Shown in pieces: positions 1-9,954 of a DNA stretch of 64,000 bases. The stretch comes from Gammaproteobacteria bacterium (GTDB taxonomy: Bacteria > Pseudomonadota > Gammaproteobacteria > Steroidobacterales > Rariloculaceae), in NCBI GenBank assembly GCA_036381015.1, contig DASVDR010000046.1, forward strand, positions 1,721 to 65,720, written 5' to 3'. Every line of letters starts with the position of its first letter. Positions within the stretch are counted from its first letter, which is position 1. The notes under the pieces are model-generated. The model saw nothing but the letters and a program-made list of their open reading frames with translations, searched no databases and was not told the DNA's origin. Both the position numbers and the translations under genes were made by a program.

Positions 1-7
1 CCTCGGG

Positions 8-2161
8 GTGCTCTACGCGCTGCCCGCGATCGGCGGGGTCTATGCCGCGTGGGCGGAATCGGGCTCCGCCGGGATCGCGCTGCGCGCCGGCGTCGCGGCC
101 GTTTGCCTGCTGCCGCCCACGATGCTGATGGGCGCGACGTTGCCTGCGGTCTCGCGGGCCGTCGGACTCACGCCTCGCGGCGTTGCGCGTATCGGCGTGC
201 TTTACGGCGCGAATCTCGCGGGGGCGGTAGCGGGCAGCCTGCTCGCGGGGTTCTACCTGCTCCGCGTTCACGACGTCGCCGTCGCGACGCTCGTTGCGGC
301 CGGCCTCAATCTCTCGATCGCCGCCGGCAGCCTGCTGCTCGCCCGCGCGATGCGCCGGCCCGAAAGCATCGCGGCGGGACCGGCCGGTCGCGCCGCGCCG
401 GTCGGCGCCGGTGCCTCCGCGGGGGGCGGCACCCGCGTGCACGTCGCGATCGCGCTGTCGGGGATGGCCGCGCTCTCGGCCGAGGTCGTCTGGACGCGCC
501 ATCTCTCGCTCGTGCTCGGCGCCACGGTCTATGCGTTCGCGCTGATACTCGCCGTCTTTCTCGCCGCGCTCGGTCTCGGCAGCGCCGCCGGCGCGGCGCT
601 CTCGCGCCGGCTGCCCGCAAGCGCGGCGTTCGCGGGCTGCCAGCTTCTGCTGTGCGCGGCCGTCGCGTGGGCCGGCTACGCCCTCGCGCGCTCGCTGCCT
701 TACTGGCCGCTCGACGTGACGCTGCCGGCAACGTCCGCCGTGATGCTCCAGCTCGATCTCGTTCGCGCCGCATTCGCGACCTTCCCTGCGGCGCTGCTTT
801 GGGGCGCAAGCTTTCCGCTCGCGCTCGCGGCCGCGGCGCCCACGGCGCCGGACCCGGCGCGGGGCGTCGGACGCCTGTACGCGGCCAATACGCTCGGCGG
901 GATCGTCGGCGCGCTTGCGACGAGCTTCGTCCTCGTCGTCGCAATCGGAAGCCAGGCCACGCAGCAGGTGCTGATCGCGCTCTCCGCGGCCGCGGCCCTG
1001 CTCGTGCTCGCCCCGTGGCGCGATGGGGCGATGCGCGCGGGCGCCGCGGCGCTGACCGTCGCCGCCGCGGCCGCCGTTCTCGCGCGGACGGTGCCGCTGT
1101 TGCCTCCACAGCTCGTCGCGTACGGCCGCTTCATGCCGACACGCGCGGCCGACATCGACGTCGTGTACGCGCGCGAAGGGCTTACGGCTTCGGTGGCCGT
1201 CTCGAAGGAGCCGGGCGGCCATCTGACGTACCACGCCGCCGGCAAGGCCCAGGCGTCGACCTACCCGCAGGACATGCGGCTGCAGCGCATGCTCGGTCAT
1301 CTCACGACGCTGATTCCGGAGGATCCCGAGTCCTTTCTCGTGATCGGGCTCGGCGCCGGCGTCACGGCCGGCGCCGTGAGCATCGACCCCGCCGCGAAGC
1401 GCGTCGTCGTGGCGGAAATCGAGCCGCTCGCCCGGCAGGTCGCCGGGCGGTATTTTCGAGCGCAGAACTTCGGCGTCGTCGACAACCCCAAGGTCGAGAT
1501 CGTCGTCGACGACGGCCGGCACTTCCTCGCGACGACCGCCGAGACCTTCGACGGCATCACGTCCGACCCGCTCGACCCGTGGGCGAAAGGCGCGGCTTCG
1601 CTGTATACGGTCGAGTTCTGGCGGCTCGTCAAAGCGCGCCTGAGGCCGGGCGGCGTCGTCACGGTCTTCGTGCAGCTTTACGAGACCACCGAGGAAGCGG
1701 TCAGGAGCGAGCTGGCGACGTTCTTCGAGGTGTTCCCGAACGGCGCCGTGTTCGCGAACACGGTGCAAGGCTCCGGGTACGACGCCGTCCTCGTGGGCTT
1801 CGCCGGCGACCCGGTCGTCGACGTCGACCGGCTGCATGCGCGTCTCTCGCGGCCGGAGTACGCGCGGGTTGCGCGCTCGCTGGAAGAGGTCGGCTTCCCG
1901 ACGGCCGTCGACCTGCTCGCCACGTACGCGGGGCGCCGGTCGGATCTCGCCGCGTGGCTCGAAGGCGCAGCCGTCAACCGCGACCGAAACCTGCGGCTGC
2001 AATACCTCGCCGCCGACGGCTTGAACCTCTACCGCGCGAACGCGATCTTCGCGAGCATGACCGCCGGCGGTGTGGAGTTCCCGGAGGATCTCTTCACCGG
2101 GTCCCGGACCCGGCTCGCGCCGCTGCACTCGGTGCTCCGCGCGCGCGACGGGCGGTTTTGA
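8..2161 (+). CDS. Fused polytopic membrane domain + spermidine synthase-like (aminopropyltransferase-fold) protein; true 5' end may lie outside the window
   Basis: 717-aa ORF beginning at the window edge (GTG at 8). The N-terminal ~380 aa are helix-rich and hydrophobic (LPPTMLMGATLPAV, GALATSFVLVVAIG). The C-terminal part carries class-I methyltransferase/spermidine-synthase-type motifs FLVIGLGAGVTAGAV and DGITSDPLDPW. Confidence 0.75.
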   Translation: MLYALPAIGGVYAAWAESGSAGIALRAGVAAVCLLPPTMLMGATLPAVSRAVGLTPRGVARIGVLYGANLAGAVAGSLLAGFYLLRVHDVAVATLVAAGLNLSIAAGSLLLARAMRRPESIAAGPAGRAAPVGAGASAGGGTRVHVAIALSGMAALSAEVVWTRHLSLVLGATVYAFALILAVFLAALGLGSAAGAALSRRLPASAAFAGCQLLLCAAVAWAGYALARSLPYWPLDVTLPATSAVMLQLDLVRAAFATFPAALLWGASFPLALAAAAPTAPDPARGVGRLYAANTLGGIVGALATSFVLVVAIGSQATQQVLIALSAAAALLVLAPWRDGAMRAGAAALTVAAAAAVLARTVPLLPPQLVAYGRFMPTRAADIDVVYAREGLTASVAVSKEPGGHLTYHAAGKAQASTYPQDMRLQRMLGHLTTLIPEDPESFLVIGLGAGVTAGAVSIDPAAKRVVVAEIEPLARQVAGRYFRAQNFGVVDNPKVEIVVDDGRHFLATTAETFDGITSDPLDPWAKGAASLYTVEFWRLVKARLRPGGVVTVFVQLYETTEEAVRSELATFFEVFPNGAVFANTVQGSGYDAVLVGFAGDPVVDVDRLHARLSRPEYARVARSLEEVGFPTAVDLLATYAGRRSDLAAWLEGAAVNRDRNLRLQYLAADGLNLYRANAIFASMTAGGVEFPEDLFTGSRTRLAPLHSVLRARDGRF

Positions 2162-2180
2162 ACCGACTTTCCCGGTCGTG

Positions 2181-3197
2181 CTATGCGCGAGCCACGGACA
2201 CGAACCTTTCGTCGCCGCGGTACGGTGTAAAGCGTTTGCGGTACTCGCGCGGCGTCACGCCGATGGTCCTCATGAACGCGCCGCGCATCTGTTCCTCGTT
2301 TCTGAATCCGCAGCGCTTGGCGATGGACCCGAGCTTCTCGTCGGAGTGTTCCAGTAAGCGCCGCGCGGCGTCGACGCGAATGGCTTCGACGGCCTTGGCC
2401 GGCGTGCGGTTGCGCTTCGCCGCGTACACGCGTGCGAAGTTTCTCGGACTCATGTGGACTCGCTCGGCGAGTGCCTCGACGCTCAGATTCGCAGTAAGGT
2501 TCTCGGCGATCCACTGCTCGAGATCGGTGAACTCGTCCGATGCCGATTCGACTTGAGCGGCCAACAGCGCGCTGTACTGCGACTGCCCGCCCGCGCGTTT
2601 CAAGTACACGACGAGCACGCGCGCCACGTCCAAGGAAAGCTGCCGCCCGAGATCCTCTTCGATCAGCGCCAGCGCCAGGTCGATGCCCGTGGTCATTCCC
2701 GCCGACGACCACACTTGGCCGTCGCGCACGAAGATGGCATCCGGTTCCACGGTGACCGTCGGATAGCGCTCCGCCAGGAGCCCGCACTGGAGCCAGTGAG
2801 TGGCCGCGCGGCGGCCGTCGAGCAGCCCGGCTGCGGCCAACAAGAAGCTGCCGACGCAGACCGAGCAGATCCGCGAACAGTCGCTCGCTCGCTCACGTAC
2901 CCAGTCGATGAGCGCCCGGTCGCGCGTGACGTCGTCGATTAGAAAGCCGCCAGGCACGATCAGCGTGTCGATGGGCGTGCCTTCGAGCGCATCGATCGGC
3001 CGCGTGACGAGCTCCACGGCGTCCGACGTCATTACCGGACCTCCGCAAGAAGAGACCACCACACATTCGTAGGGCGGAGCGCCGCGGCCGCGCGTGGACA
3101 ACGCGCTTGCGAGGCGGAACGCTTCCAAGGGGCCGGCAAGGTCGAGCAGCGAGACCCCGTGGTAAGCGGCGATGACGATGCGGCGTGGGGACGTCAC
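2181..3197 (-). CDS. GlxA-family transcriptional regulator (DJ-1/PfpI-like domain + AraC-type HTH)
   Basis: 338-aa ORF. DJ-1/PfpI-like N-terminus (IVIAAYHGVSLLDLAGPLEAF; CSVCVGSFLLAAAGLLDGRRAATHW). AraC HTH C-terminus (SVEALAERVHMSPRNFARVY ... GFRNEEQMRGAFMRTIGVTPREYRKRF). GTG start preceded by GGGAGA. Confidence 0.85.
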   Translation of the reverse strand: MTSPRRIVIAAYHGVSLLDLAGPLEAFRLASALSTRGRGAPPYECVVVSSCGGPVMTSDAVELVTRPIDALEGTPIDTLIVPGGFLIDDVTRDRALIDWVRERASDCSRICSVCVGSFLLAAAGLLDGRRAATHWLQCGLLAERYPTVTVEPDAIFVRDGQVWSSAGMTTGIDLALALIEEDLGRQLSLDVARVLVVYLKRAGGQSQYSALLAAQVESASDEFTDLEQWIAENLTANLSVEALAERVHMSPRNFARVYAAKRNRTPAKAVEAIRVDAARRLLEHSDEKLGSIAKRCGFRNEEQMRGAFMRTIGVTPREYRKRFTPYRGDERFVSVARA

Positions 3198-3300
3198 TGT
3201 CTCCCGGCAGGATTTCCCCTTTTTATGTCATTGCGCTTGGGGACCTGTCAACGGCAGCATACCTTCGTCGAGGACTCCACGATCCAGGGACACGACGAAA

Positions 3301-3801
3301 ATGAGAAGCACGGCCCTTGTCGCCGAGGAGCAGTTCGCCTCCGGCGAAACGCATGTCTCGACCACGGCCCTCGTGGAGCCGAGCGGCGACGATCGAGCCG
3401 ACGTTGCCGGCGCGGTCGGTGTTGCCGGCGTCGACTACTTGAGCATCTACACGCCCGAGCTGCGACGTTCCGTCGAGCTCTATTCGCGCGTCTTCGGGTT
3501 TTGCGTGGTCGGCGCCTCACACGACCGCGCCGGACGATCGGTGCTGATGGCAGCCGGACGGTTGTATCTCGCCATCCGCGAGCGGCCGCGGGGCGAATTC
3601 GACTCGACGGGGGCGCTCGGCTGGAGCTTCGTCGTCGACGATCTCGACCGGGCGCGTGCGATCACCTGGGATCTCGGCATCGTGCCGATTCGCGACGGAA
3701 CGCACGAGCCGCAGTGCGATTCTCCGTGGCGCCGGCGCCGCTCGTTCGTCATCCGCGATCCGGACGGTAACGAGATCGAAGTCGTCGAGCGGGCAGGCTG
3801 A
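3301..3801 (+). CDS. VOC (glyoxalase/bleomycin-resistance/dioxygenase) family protein
   Basis: Motifs VDYLSIYTPELRRSVELYSRVFGF and SFVIRDPDGNEIEVVE. The ORF-track start (3172) overlaps the divergent GlxA gene, so I use the ATG at 3301. Start uncertain. Confidence 0.7.
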   Translation: MRSTALVAEEQFASGETHVSTTALVEPSGDDRADVAGAVGVAGVDYLSIYTPELRRSVELYSRVFGFCVVGASHDRAGRSVLMAAGRLYLAIRERPRGEFDSTGALGWSFVVDDLDRARAITWDLGIVPIRDGTHEPQCDSPWRRRRSFVIRDPDGNEIEVVERAG

Positions 3802-3851
3802 TGCGGCGGCCGCAATCGCGTTGGACTTTCACTCCACCTTGCGCGGGCGCG

Positions 3852-4244
3852 TCATGCGTACGTGTCGCCTTCGAACTCGATCAGGCAAAAGCCGTGGCCG
3901 AACGGATCGGAGAAGGTGATGCACTTCGACCCTCGCCATTCGAGACAGCCGCTCTCTCGAGTGGCGCCCGCACGCGTCGCGCGCTCTGCGGCCTGACTTA
4001 GATCGTCGACGACGATGTCGAAGTGCACGGGCGTCCAATGACGCGTATAGCCGCGCCGGTCCGCAACGTGTTGGGACGGTGTGGATCCGGCGGGCTTCTC
4101 GAGCAGGTATATCAATGCGGCGCCGTTCTTGAGCTCAGCCACGTCGTCGTCGAGTCGGCGCGTGAGCTCGAAGCCGAGCGCCGCCGTATAGAATTCGATC
4201 GCAGGCACGAGCTCCGGGACATCGACATTTACGATCATTCGCAT
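3852..4244 (-). CDS. VOC/glyoxalase family protein
   Basis: 130-aa ORF. VDVPELVPAIEFYTAALGFEL at the N-terminus and DPFGHGFCLIEF near the C-terminus are typical VOC beta-alpha-beta-beta-beta module signatures. Confidence 0.75.
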   Translation of the reverse strand: MRMIVNVDVPELVPAIEFYTAALGFELTRRLDDDVAELKNGAALIYLLEKPAGSTPSQHVADRRGYTRHWTPVHFDIVVDDLSQAAERATRAGATRESGCLEWRGSKCITFSDPFGHGFCLIEFEGDTYA

Positions 4245-4291
4245 GAATCACCTCCTGCCCTTACGGCGTAAGCCGAGCAGCACCGCGGCGC

Positions 4292-5110
4292 TCAACGGCG
4301 TGCCGTCGCCGTCTCCTCCAGAAACGCTCGCAGAGCGGCGATGTACTGCCGCTCGCTGCGAATATGCGCCTCGTTATGCGTACCGGCGAGCTCGACGAGC
4401 GCGCGCCCGTCCCGTGCCGCGGCGAAGATCGCTTCGGCATGATGAAACGGTGTGATCTCGTCGTCACGGCTGTGCACGACGAGGACCGGACACTCGGCTT
4501 CCGCGACGAAGCGCCGGGTTGGATAGTCGAAGCGGCTGAGCCAGCGGGCCGGAAGCCACGGGTAAAGCTCCGCGGCGAGATCCGGGATGGAGGTAAACGC
4601 CGACTCGACGATCAGCGCACCCGGCGATGTGCGTGCCGCGAGGTAAGCCGCGATCGCGCCGCCGAGCGAGCGGCCGAAGATGACGATGTCGGACGGCGGA
4701 ACCTCGCGGGTCTCGGTGAGGTACCGCCACGCCGCGTCGGCGTCGCGATACGTGCCGTGCTCTGAGGGGCGTCCCTCGCTTGCGCCGTACCCGCGATAAT
4801 CGATGATCAGCACGGAAAGGCCCAGGCCGTGAAAGACGTCGATCGATTCCAGGCGGTGAGAGATATTGCCCGCATTGCCGTGAAGGAAAAGCAGCACCCG
4901 GTCGCCGCCCGATACGAACCAGCCGTGTAACGCGACGCCGTCGGCCGTGCGCAGGATCACGTCCTCGTAAGCAAGCCCGATATCGTGCGGTGTCCTGAGA
5001 ATGGCGCGGCTCGGCACTTCGGGGAGGTAGACCAACCGATGCTGCAGAAAGAAGATGCCGGCGACGATCAGCGCGTAGCCGGCCACCAGGGCGACGAAAA
5101 TCTTCAGCAT
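4292..5110 (-). CDS. Alpha/beta hydrolase with N-terminal membrane anchor (BEM46/ABHD13-like)
   Basis: 272-aa ORF. TM helix MLKIFVALVAGYALIVAGIFFL, oxyanion-type LFLHGNAGN, nucleophile elbow GRSLGG, and late acidic/His residues (HSRDDEI ... GTHNE). Confidence 0.85.
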   Translation of the reverse strand: MLKIFVALVAGYALIVAGIFFLQHRLVYLPEVPSRAILRTPHDIGLAYEDVILRTADGVALHGWFVSGGDRVLLFLHGNAGNISHRLESIDVFHGLGLSVLIIDYRGYGASEGRPSEHGTYRDADAAWRYLTETREVPPSDIVIFGRSLGGAIAAYLAARTSPGALIVESAFTSIPDLAAELYPWLPARWLSRFDYPTRRFVAEAECPVLVVHSRDDEITPFHHAEAIFAAARDGRALVELAGTHNEAHIRSERQYIAALRAFLEETATARR

Positions 5111-5660
5111 CGATGTCGACTCCCCGACGCGCGGCTACCTGCCGGCGTCGTTCATTATGCAGAGGCACACGGATATGCGGTGGGCCTCGAGGTCACGGGG
5201 TCGCCGCGAGACTAACGCGTAATCGACACCGTGTCGGCCCTCCGTCCGTCGAGAGCACTCGCAGCTGTCCCCGCCTTCCGCGCTAGACGCCGTCGAGCGC
5301 GAGCAGGTGCTCTGCCGGTCATCAATTCTGGTGATTACGGCCGGCGCTGGAGTCTCTACCCTCCCCTCGACGATTTCCAAAACCAAACTGGAGGAGGCTC
5401 ATGAAAAAGACGCGTGGCAAGCTCGCCGCCGCATGGCTGTTGCCGATCACCGCTCCCGCCGCCGCTATGGCCGACCACACCCACCACGCCTACGACGCGG
5501 GATGCCAGCGGCGGCGAGCGAGCGCTTCGTCAATATTGGTGATCGCCGTCGACAACGATCACAGGGACGAGACATTTGCCCTACGTTCCCCGGCGCGAAG
5601 GAAGCAGAACCGCGCTAAATTACGTGCGACGCCGTCTTGCAGACAACATCCGAGGGCTCG

Positions 5661-6773
5661 ATGACCGCTCAGCTATTCACCCCGTTTCATATCGCTCGGC
5701 TCGAGCTTGCCAACCGCATCGTCATCGCACCGATGTGCCAGTACTCGGCCAAGGACGGCTGCATGACGGACTGGCATGTCATCCACCTGGGTCATCTGGC
5801 GCTCTCCGGAGCCGCTCTCCTCACGATCGAAGCGACCGCCGTGACGCCCGAAGGCAGGATCACGTATGGGGACGTCGGCTTGTACTCCGATGCTTGTGAG
5901 GCCGCGATGCGTCGTACGCTCGACGCCGTGCGTCGTTGGTCGGACATGCCGATCGCGATACAGCTCGCGCACGCGGGCCGCAAGGCATCGACGGAAGTCC
6001 CTTGGAAAGGCGGTGCACAGCTGCCCGCGGACCATCCCAACGGCTGGCGCACCGAGGCGCCGTCGGCAATCCCTTACCGCCCGAACGAGGCCGCACCGGC
6101 CGCGCTCGATCGCGACGGCCTCGGGCGGGTGCGCGAGGCGTTCGCGGACGCGGCGCGGCGCGCCGTGCGGATCGGCCTCGACGCCGTTCAGCTTCATGCC
6201 GCACACGGCTATCTTCTTCACCAGTTCTTGTCGCCGCTCTCGAATCGGCGCGACGATGAGTACGGCGGCTCGCTCGAAAATCGCATGCGCTTTCCGCTCG
6301 AAGTCTTCGATGCGGTGCGTGCGGCTGTTCCGCCCGATCTCCCGGTCAGCGTTCGAGTGTCCGGAACGGACTGGGCGCCGGGCGGGTGGGATATCGGTCA
6401 AACCGTAGAGTTCGCGCGCGCGCTCGAGGCTCGCGGTTGCAACGGAATCCATGTCTCGAGCGGCGGCTTGACGCCGGATCAGCAGATTCCTGTCGGGCCG
6501 GGCTATCAGGTGCCGCTCGCCCGAGCGGTCAAGGCGGCGGTGAAAATTCCGGTTGTCGCGGTGGGCTTGATCGTCGACTTCGATCACGCGGAATCCATCC
6601 TGGTCGCCGGCGATGCAGACCTGATCGCGCTCGCCCGTGCGATGCTCTACGACCCGCGCTGGCCGTGGCACGCCGCCGCCCACTTCGGCGCAAGCGTGAA
6701 GGCGCCGAAGCAGTACCTGCGCTCGCAGCCGTCGCGCTATCGGAACTTGTTCGACTACCGCGCGAATGACTGA
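5661..6773 (+). CDS. NADH:flavin oxidoreductase, Old Yellow Enzyme family
   Basis: FTPFHIARLELANRIVIAPMCQY, HAAHGYLLHQFLSP and RVSGTDW are OYE hallmarks. ATG at 5661 is preceded by GAGGG; an alternative start lies at 5637. Confidence 0.9.
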   Translation: MTAQLFTPFHIARLELANRIVIAPMCQYSAKDGCMTDWHVIHLGHLALSGAALLTIEATAVTPEGRITYGDVGLYSDACEAAMRRTLDAVRRWSDMPIAIQLAHAGRKASTEVPWKGGAQLPADHPNGWRTEAPSAIPYRPNEAAPAALDRDGLGRVREAFADAARRAVRIGLDAVQLHAAHGYLLHQFLSPLSNRRDDEYGGSLENRMRFPLEVFDAVRAAVPPDLPVSVRVSGTDWAPGGWDIGQTVEFARALEARGCNGIHVSSGGLTPDQQIPVGPGYQVPLARAVKAAVKIPVVAVGLIVDFDHAESILVAGDADLIALARAMLYDPRWPWHAAAHFGASVKAPKQYLRSQPSRYRNLFDYRAND

Positions 6774-6997
6774 TCCCTCCGCCGCCATGCATCGCAAACT
6801 GCCGAGACGGAGCTGCAGTCGGACTGCGCTCGAGCCAAGAGCCTGAGGAAACGGAGCCCGAGTAATCTCGGCGCGGCACACCTAGGCCAACCGTTCCCGT
6901 CCCGCCCCCGGGAATATGCTTCTGCGCATTTCGTCTGGCAGCCTGCCAAACCGAGGCGTAGGCTCTTTCGCGAAGACCTTTTACACGGGAGAGCATC

Positions 6998-7651
6998 ATG
7001 GCAAGCATCGTCGATCAGTATCTGAAGAATAACGAGCAGTACGCCAAGGGCGAGGCATTGCACGATGCCAAGCATCCCGGTAAGCAGAAGATACAACCGG
7101 CCAAGCGGCTTGCCGTAGTTGCATGCATGGACGCCCGTATCGACGTCGAGGATCTGCTTGGTCTACAGACCGGCGATGCGCACATCATTCGCAACGCGGG
7201 CGGGGTCATCAATGAGGACGCGATTCGCAACCTCATCATCTCCCATCACCTGCTCGACACGAAGGAATTCGTGCTGATCCACCATACCCGCTGCGGCATG
7301 CTCGCGTTCACCGATGACCTCCTGAAGGCCGGCCTCGAGGGCGACGCATCAGCCGAGAAGCTGCTCGCACAGGCGACCGGACGCAAGTTCGTGAGCTGCG
7401 GTAGATCCGCATCGACGCCTGAGGCCTTCCACGCTTTTCGCGGCGGCCCGCATCCGCTCGACGCTGACGACGAGCATGCGCGGGAACGTTTGCAGTGGGA
7501 CGTGCGACGCGGAATCTCGGCGGTTCTGAACCACCCATGGCTTCCGACGAGCGGGCCGGACGCGATCTCCGTTCGCGGCTTTGTCTACGACGTCGACACC
7601 GGCAAGCTCGAGGAAGTCAGCTACCCCGGGCCAACGGGGCCATCGGAGTGA
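6998..7651 (+). CDS. Beta-class carbonic anhydrase-like protein
   Basis: Zn-ligand and catalytic motifs CMDARID ... HHTRCGM. RBS GGGAGAG lies upstream of the ATG. Confidence 0.85.
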   Translation: MASIVDQYLKNNEQYAKGEALHDAKHPGKQKIQPAKRLAVVACMDARIDVEDLLGLQTGDAHIIRNAGGVINEDAIRNLIISHHLLDTKEFVLIHHTRCGMLAFTDDLLKAGLEGDASAEKLLAQATGRKFVSCGRSASTPEAFHAFRGGPHPLDADDEHARERLQWDVRRGISAVLNHPWLPTSGPDAISVRGFVYDVDTGKLEEVSYPGPTGPSE

Positions 7652-7694
7652 CAGGCGAATCATGACGGACGATAGAAAGCGCCCGGCGCCTCCT

Positions 7695-7720
7695 TAATCG
7701 AGGGCTCGAATCGAGGGCTC
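7695..7720. repeat. Tandem direct repeat, 13 bp x 2 (AATCGAGGGCTCG / AATCGAGGGCTCT)
   Basis: Read directly from the sequence. The 12-bp core AATCGAGGGCTC is perfectly duplicated head-to-tail in the intergenic region. Confidence 0.85.
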
Positions 7721-7985
7721 TGCCGAAAACGCGGCTGCAAGGCCCGCGCGGCGCCGAGTCGGCTCTCGGCGAAGGGTCGAACCGCCTGATTAAGTCCCGG
7801 GCCCGGGAACGAATATCCGCGGGCGCAGTCTCTTGCAGTCGGGGACGCCCGCGGAACAGCAGGGGGGATAGCGGCCTAATGTCGTTTCAGCATCTCGGCG
7901 CATCCGATTGCGCCGACTCGCCTCTTTTCCCGCGCCCCAGCGTTACCGACCCGCGATCGCACGACTTACCTCGAGGAACGAAGCC

Positions 7986-8498
7986 ATGCTCGAAAAATTC
8001 CGCACACCACGCATCTTCGCACTCCTAGCCGTGCTCGTTGCCGCCCCCGCCGCTGCGCAGGATCTGAAGATCGGCTATGTGAACTTCGAGTTGCTCGTGC
8101 GGGAGTCACCCCAGTACGAGCAGTCCGCGGCGACGCTGCGGACGGAGGCCGCCCGCATCGAGAGCGAGATCATGACGATGCAGCAACGGCTCGACGAGGC
8201 GCGGCAGCGATTGGAGCGGGATGCTTCCGTGCTGAGCCAGCAGGAACGGGCCGACCTCGAGCGGGAGGTCCGCGACCTCGCGCGGGACGTGCAGCGCGCC
8301 ATCGAGGAGGGCCGGCAGGACTTGAGCATCCGCGAGAACGAGGAGCTCGACAGGATTGGTCGGCTGGTGCTCGAGGCCATTCAAGCGTACGGGCGAAGCG
8401 AGAGCTACGATCTGATACTCCGCGCGGCCGCCTACGTCGACGAGGACCTCGACGTCACCGACGCGATCCTCGAGACCCTACGGGAGGACGAAGACTAG
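7986..8498 (+). CDS. OmpH/Skp-family periplasmic chaperone-like protein
   Basis: Signal peptide MLEKFRTPRIFALLAVLVAAPAAAQD, then KIGYVNFELL and a long Glu/Arg/Gln-rich coiled-coil body. ATG at 7986 is preceded by GAGGAA. Confidence 0.75.
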   Translation: MLEKFRTPRIFALLAVLVAAPAAAQDLKIGYVNFELLVRESPQYEQSAATLRTEAARIESEIMTMQQRLDEARQRLERDASVLSQQERADLEREVRDLARDVQRAIEEGRQDLSIRENEELDRIGRLVLEAIQAYGRSESYDLILRAAAYVDEDLDVTDAILETLREDED

Positions 8499-8634
8499 GC
8501 CGATCAGCACCGCCCGCGCGCAGAGCATCGCGAGCCCGAGGAACCACCTCGATACCGCGGCCGCCGGGCTGGCGGGCCCGGCCGGCGCCGGGACCCGCCC
8601 CTGGAGCCGGATGATGTCCGCTGCCGCCCGCGGA

Positions 8635-9789
8635 TCAAACGGCGTACAACGGGTGTACCGGCGCCCCACCGAGTCGTACTCGGCCGGCGTCCTCGAGCCA
8701 CAGCGCCTGGCCCACGATGTGCCGGCGCATCGCGTGCATGTCGCGATGCGCGCGCTCGAGCGGGCACGACGTGTACAGCGAGCTGATGCCGCCTGCTGCG
8801 TACATCGTGTCGACGGCCGTCTCGGCGGCGTCGGCGGCATGTAGGCTCGCGCCCCACAACGACGTGATCCCGTCGATCGCGGGCGGCCCGCCGGCGACCG
8901 CCGTGCGCCACAACTGCGACGCGCACGCGTGCAGGTACGTGCGCGCCGCCTCGAGGGCAGCGCTTTGCCGCGCGATGTCGGCGAGCAGCGACGGCCGCTC
9001 CCGGAGCGGAGCGCCTTCGGGCGGCCTTTTCGTGCTCGTGAGCTCGATGAGCGTGTCGACGGCGGACTGTGCGATGCCGAGCGCTTGCGCGCCGTACGCC
9101 GCCGCCATCGAGCAGATGATCGGAACCCGACCGAGGGCCCCGTCGAGTGTGCTTGGCTCCGCAACGAACAACGTAAGCTCCTGCGGCACGCGCACGTTCT
9201 TTGCAACCACGTCTTGGCTTCCGGTGCCGCGCAATCCGCAGGTTTTCCAGGTGTCGAGGACCTCGCAGTCGTCGCGCCGCAGGAATGCAAAGCGCAGCTC
9301 CGGCGTGTCCGGTTCGATCATGCGCGGCTCGCCGTTCTCTTCGACTACGCAGAGCAGCAGGATCCACTCCGCGAGCTCGCAGCCGGAGACGATTTCCCAG
9401 CGTCCGCTCACTCGATACCCGTCGGCGATCGCCGCGGCGCGCCCCGTCGGGCGCGTGGAGCAGGCGTAGAGCCAGCGCGGGTCCTCGAACACCGCCGCGC
9501 GCGCGTCGCTCGAGAGAAACCGCCCGAAGAAGCACGGCAGCGAATTGTTCCACGCCACCCACGCCACCGACGCATCGGCATACGCGAGCGTCTCGTAGAC
9601 GTCGAGCGCCGCGTCGAGCGGCAGCGCCGCGCCCGCGAGCTCTTTCGCTAGCGCGAGCCGGCACAACCCGCCGTCGCGGAGCCGCTCGACGATCGGTGCC
9701 GCGATATTTCGGGCCGCGTCCGTTTCGTCGCGTAGGCTTTGGATCAACGGCGACAACTCTCGGGCGGCGGCGAGCGCTGCGGTTTCCAT
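8635..9789 (-). CDS. Acyl-CoA dehydrogenase-fold protein (probably a flavin-dependent monooxygenase/hydroxylase type)
   Basis: 384-aa product starting METAALAAARELSPLI with GGAGGA RBS. Middle beta-domain motif YRVSGRWEIVSGCELAEW and TCGLRGTGSQDVV, plus a C-terminal helical domain. The ORF-track N-terminal extension to 9906 was rejected. Confidence 0.8.
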   Translation of the reverse strand: METAALAAARELSPLIQSLRDETDAARNIAAPIVERLRDGGLCRLALAKELAGAALPLDAALDVYETLAYADASVAWVAWNNSLPCFFGRFLSSDARAAVFEDPRWLYACSTRPTGRAAAIADGYRVSGRWEIVSGCELAEWILLLCVVEENGEPRMIEPDTPELRFAFLRRDDCEVLDTWKTCGLRGTGSQDVVAKNVRVPQELTLFVAEPSTLDGALGRVPIICSMAAAYGAQALGIAQSAVDTLIELTSTKRPPEGAPLRERPSLLADIARQSAALEAARTYLHACASQLWRTAVAGGPPAIDGITSLWGASLHAADAAETAVDTMYAAGGISSLYTSCPLERAHRDMHAMRRHIVGQALWLEDAGRVRLGGAPVHPLYAV

Positions 9790-9954
9790 GGCGTTCCTCC
9801 TCGCGGTCGGTCGGTGCGAGGCGCCAACATAGCGAGGCGCCCGGCCGACGCGCTTCGGAGAAACCACCCAAACGAAGGGGGGCGGACGTTGGGTGATTTC
9901 ACCCACGCCGGCAGGGGACCGACGCGGGGTCGCGAGCGCTGGACGCGTCGTGCT

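Noticed and set aside
49-2556. Very long alternative-frame or antisense ORFs throughout the track. Examples: 49-2556, 8504-9871, 9739-11016, 15570-17816, 25465-27147, 31709-33139, 33066-34433, 36596-38440, 36904-40188, 50730-53561, 51314-53377, 58471-60036, 60288-62351.
   Set aside because: Their translations are dominated by Arg/Ala/Pro/Gly runs with no recognisable motifs. Each overlaps an ORF in another frame or strand that carries clear family signatures. Long spurious ORFs are expected at this GC content because stop codons are AT-rich.
5401-5664. 87-aa ORF with a strong Shine-Dalgarno (GGAGGAGG), ATG AAA AAG start and signal-peptide-like N-terminus followed by DHTHHAYD.
   Set aside because: After about 35 codons the translation becomes Arg-rich junk and runs into the OYE gene start. 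No homolog is recognised, and shifting frame does not reveal an H-domain-like continuation. It may be a short leader peptide or a gene remnant, but I cannot support a feature call.
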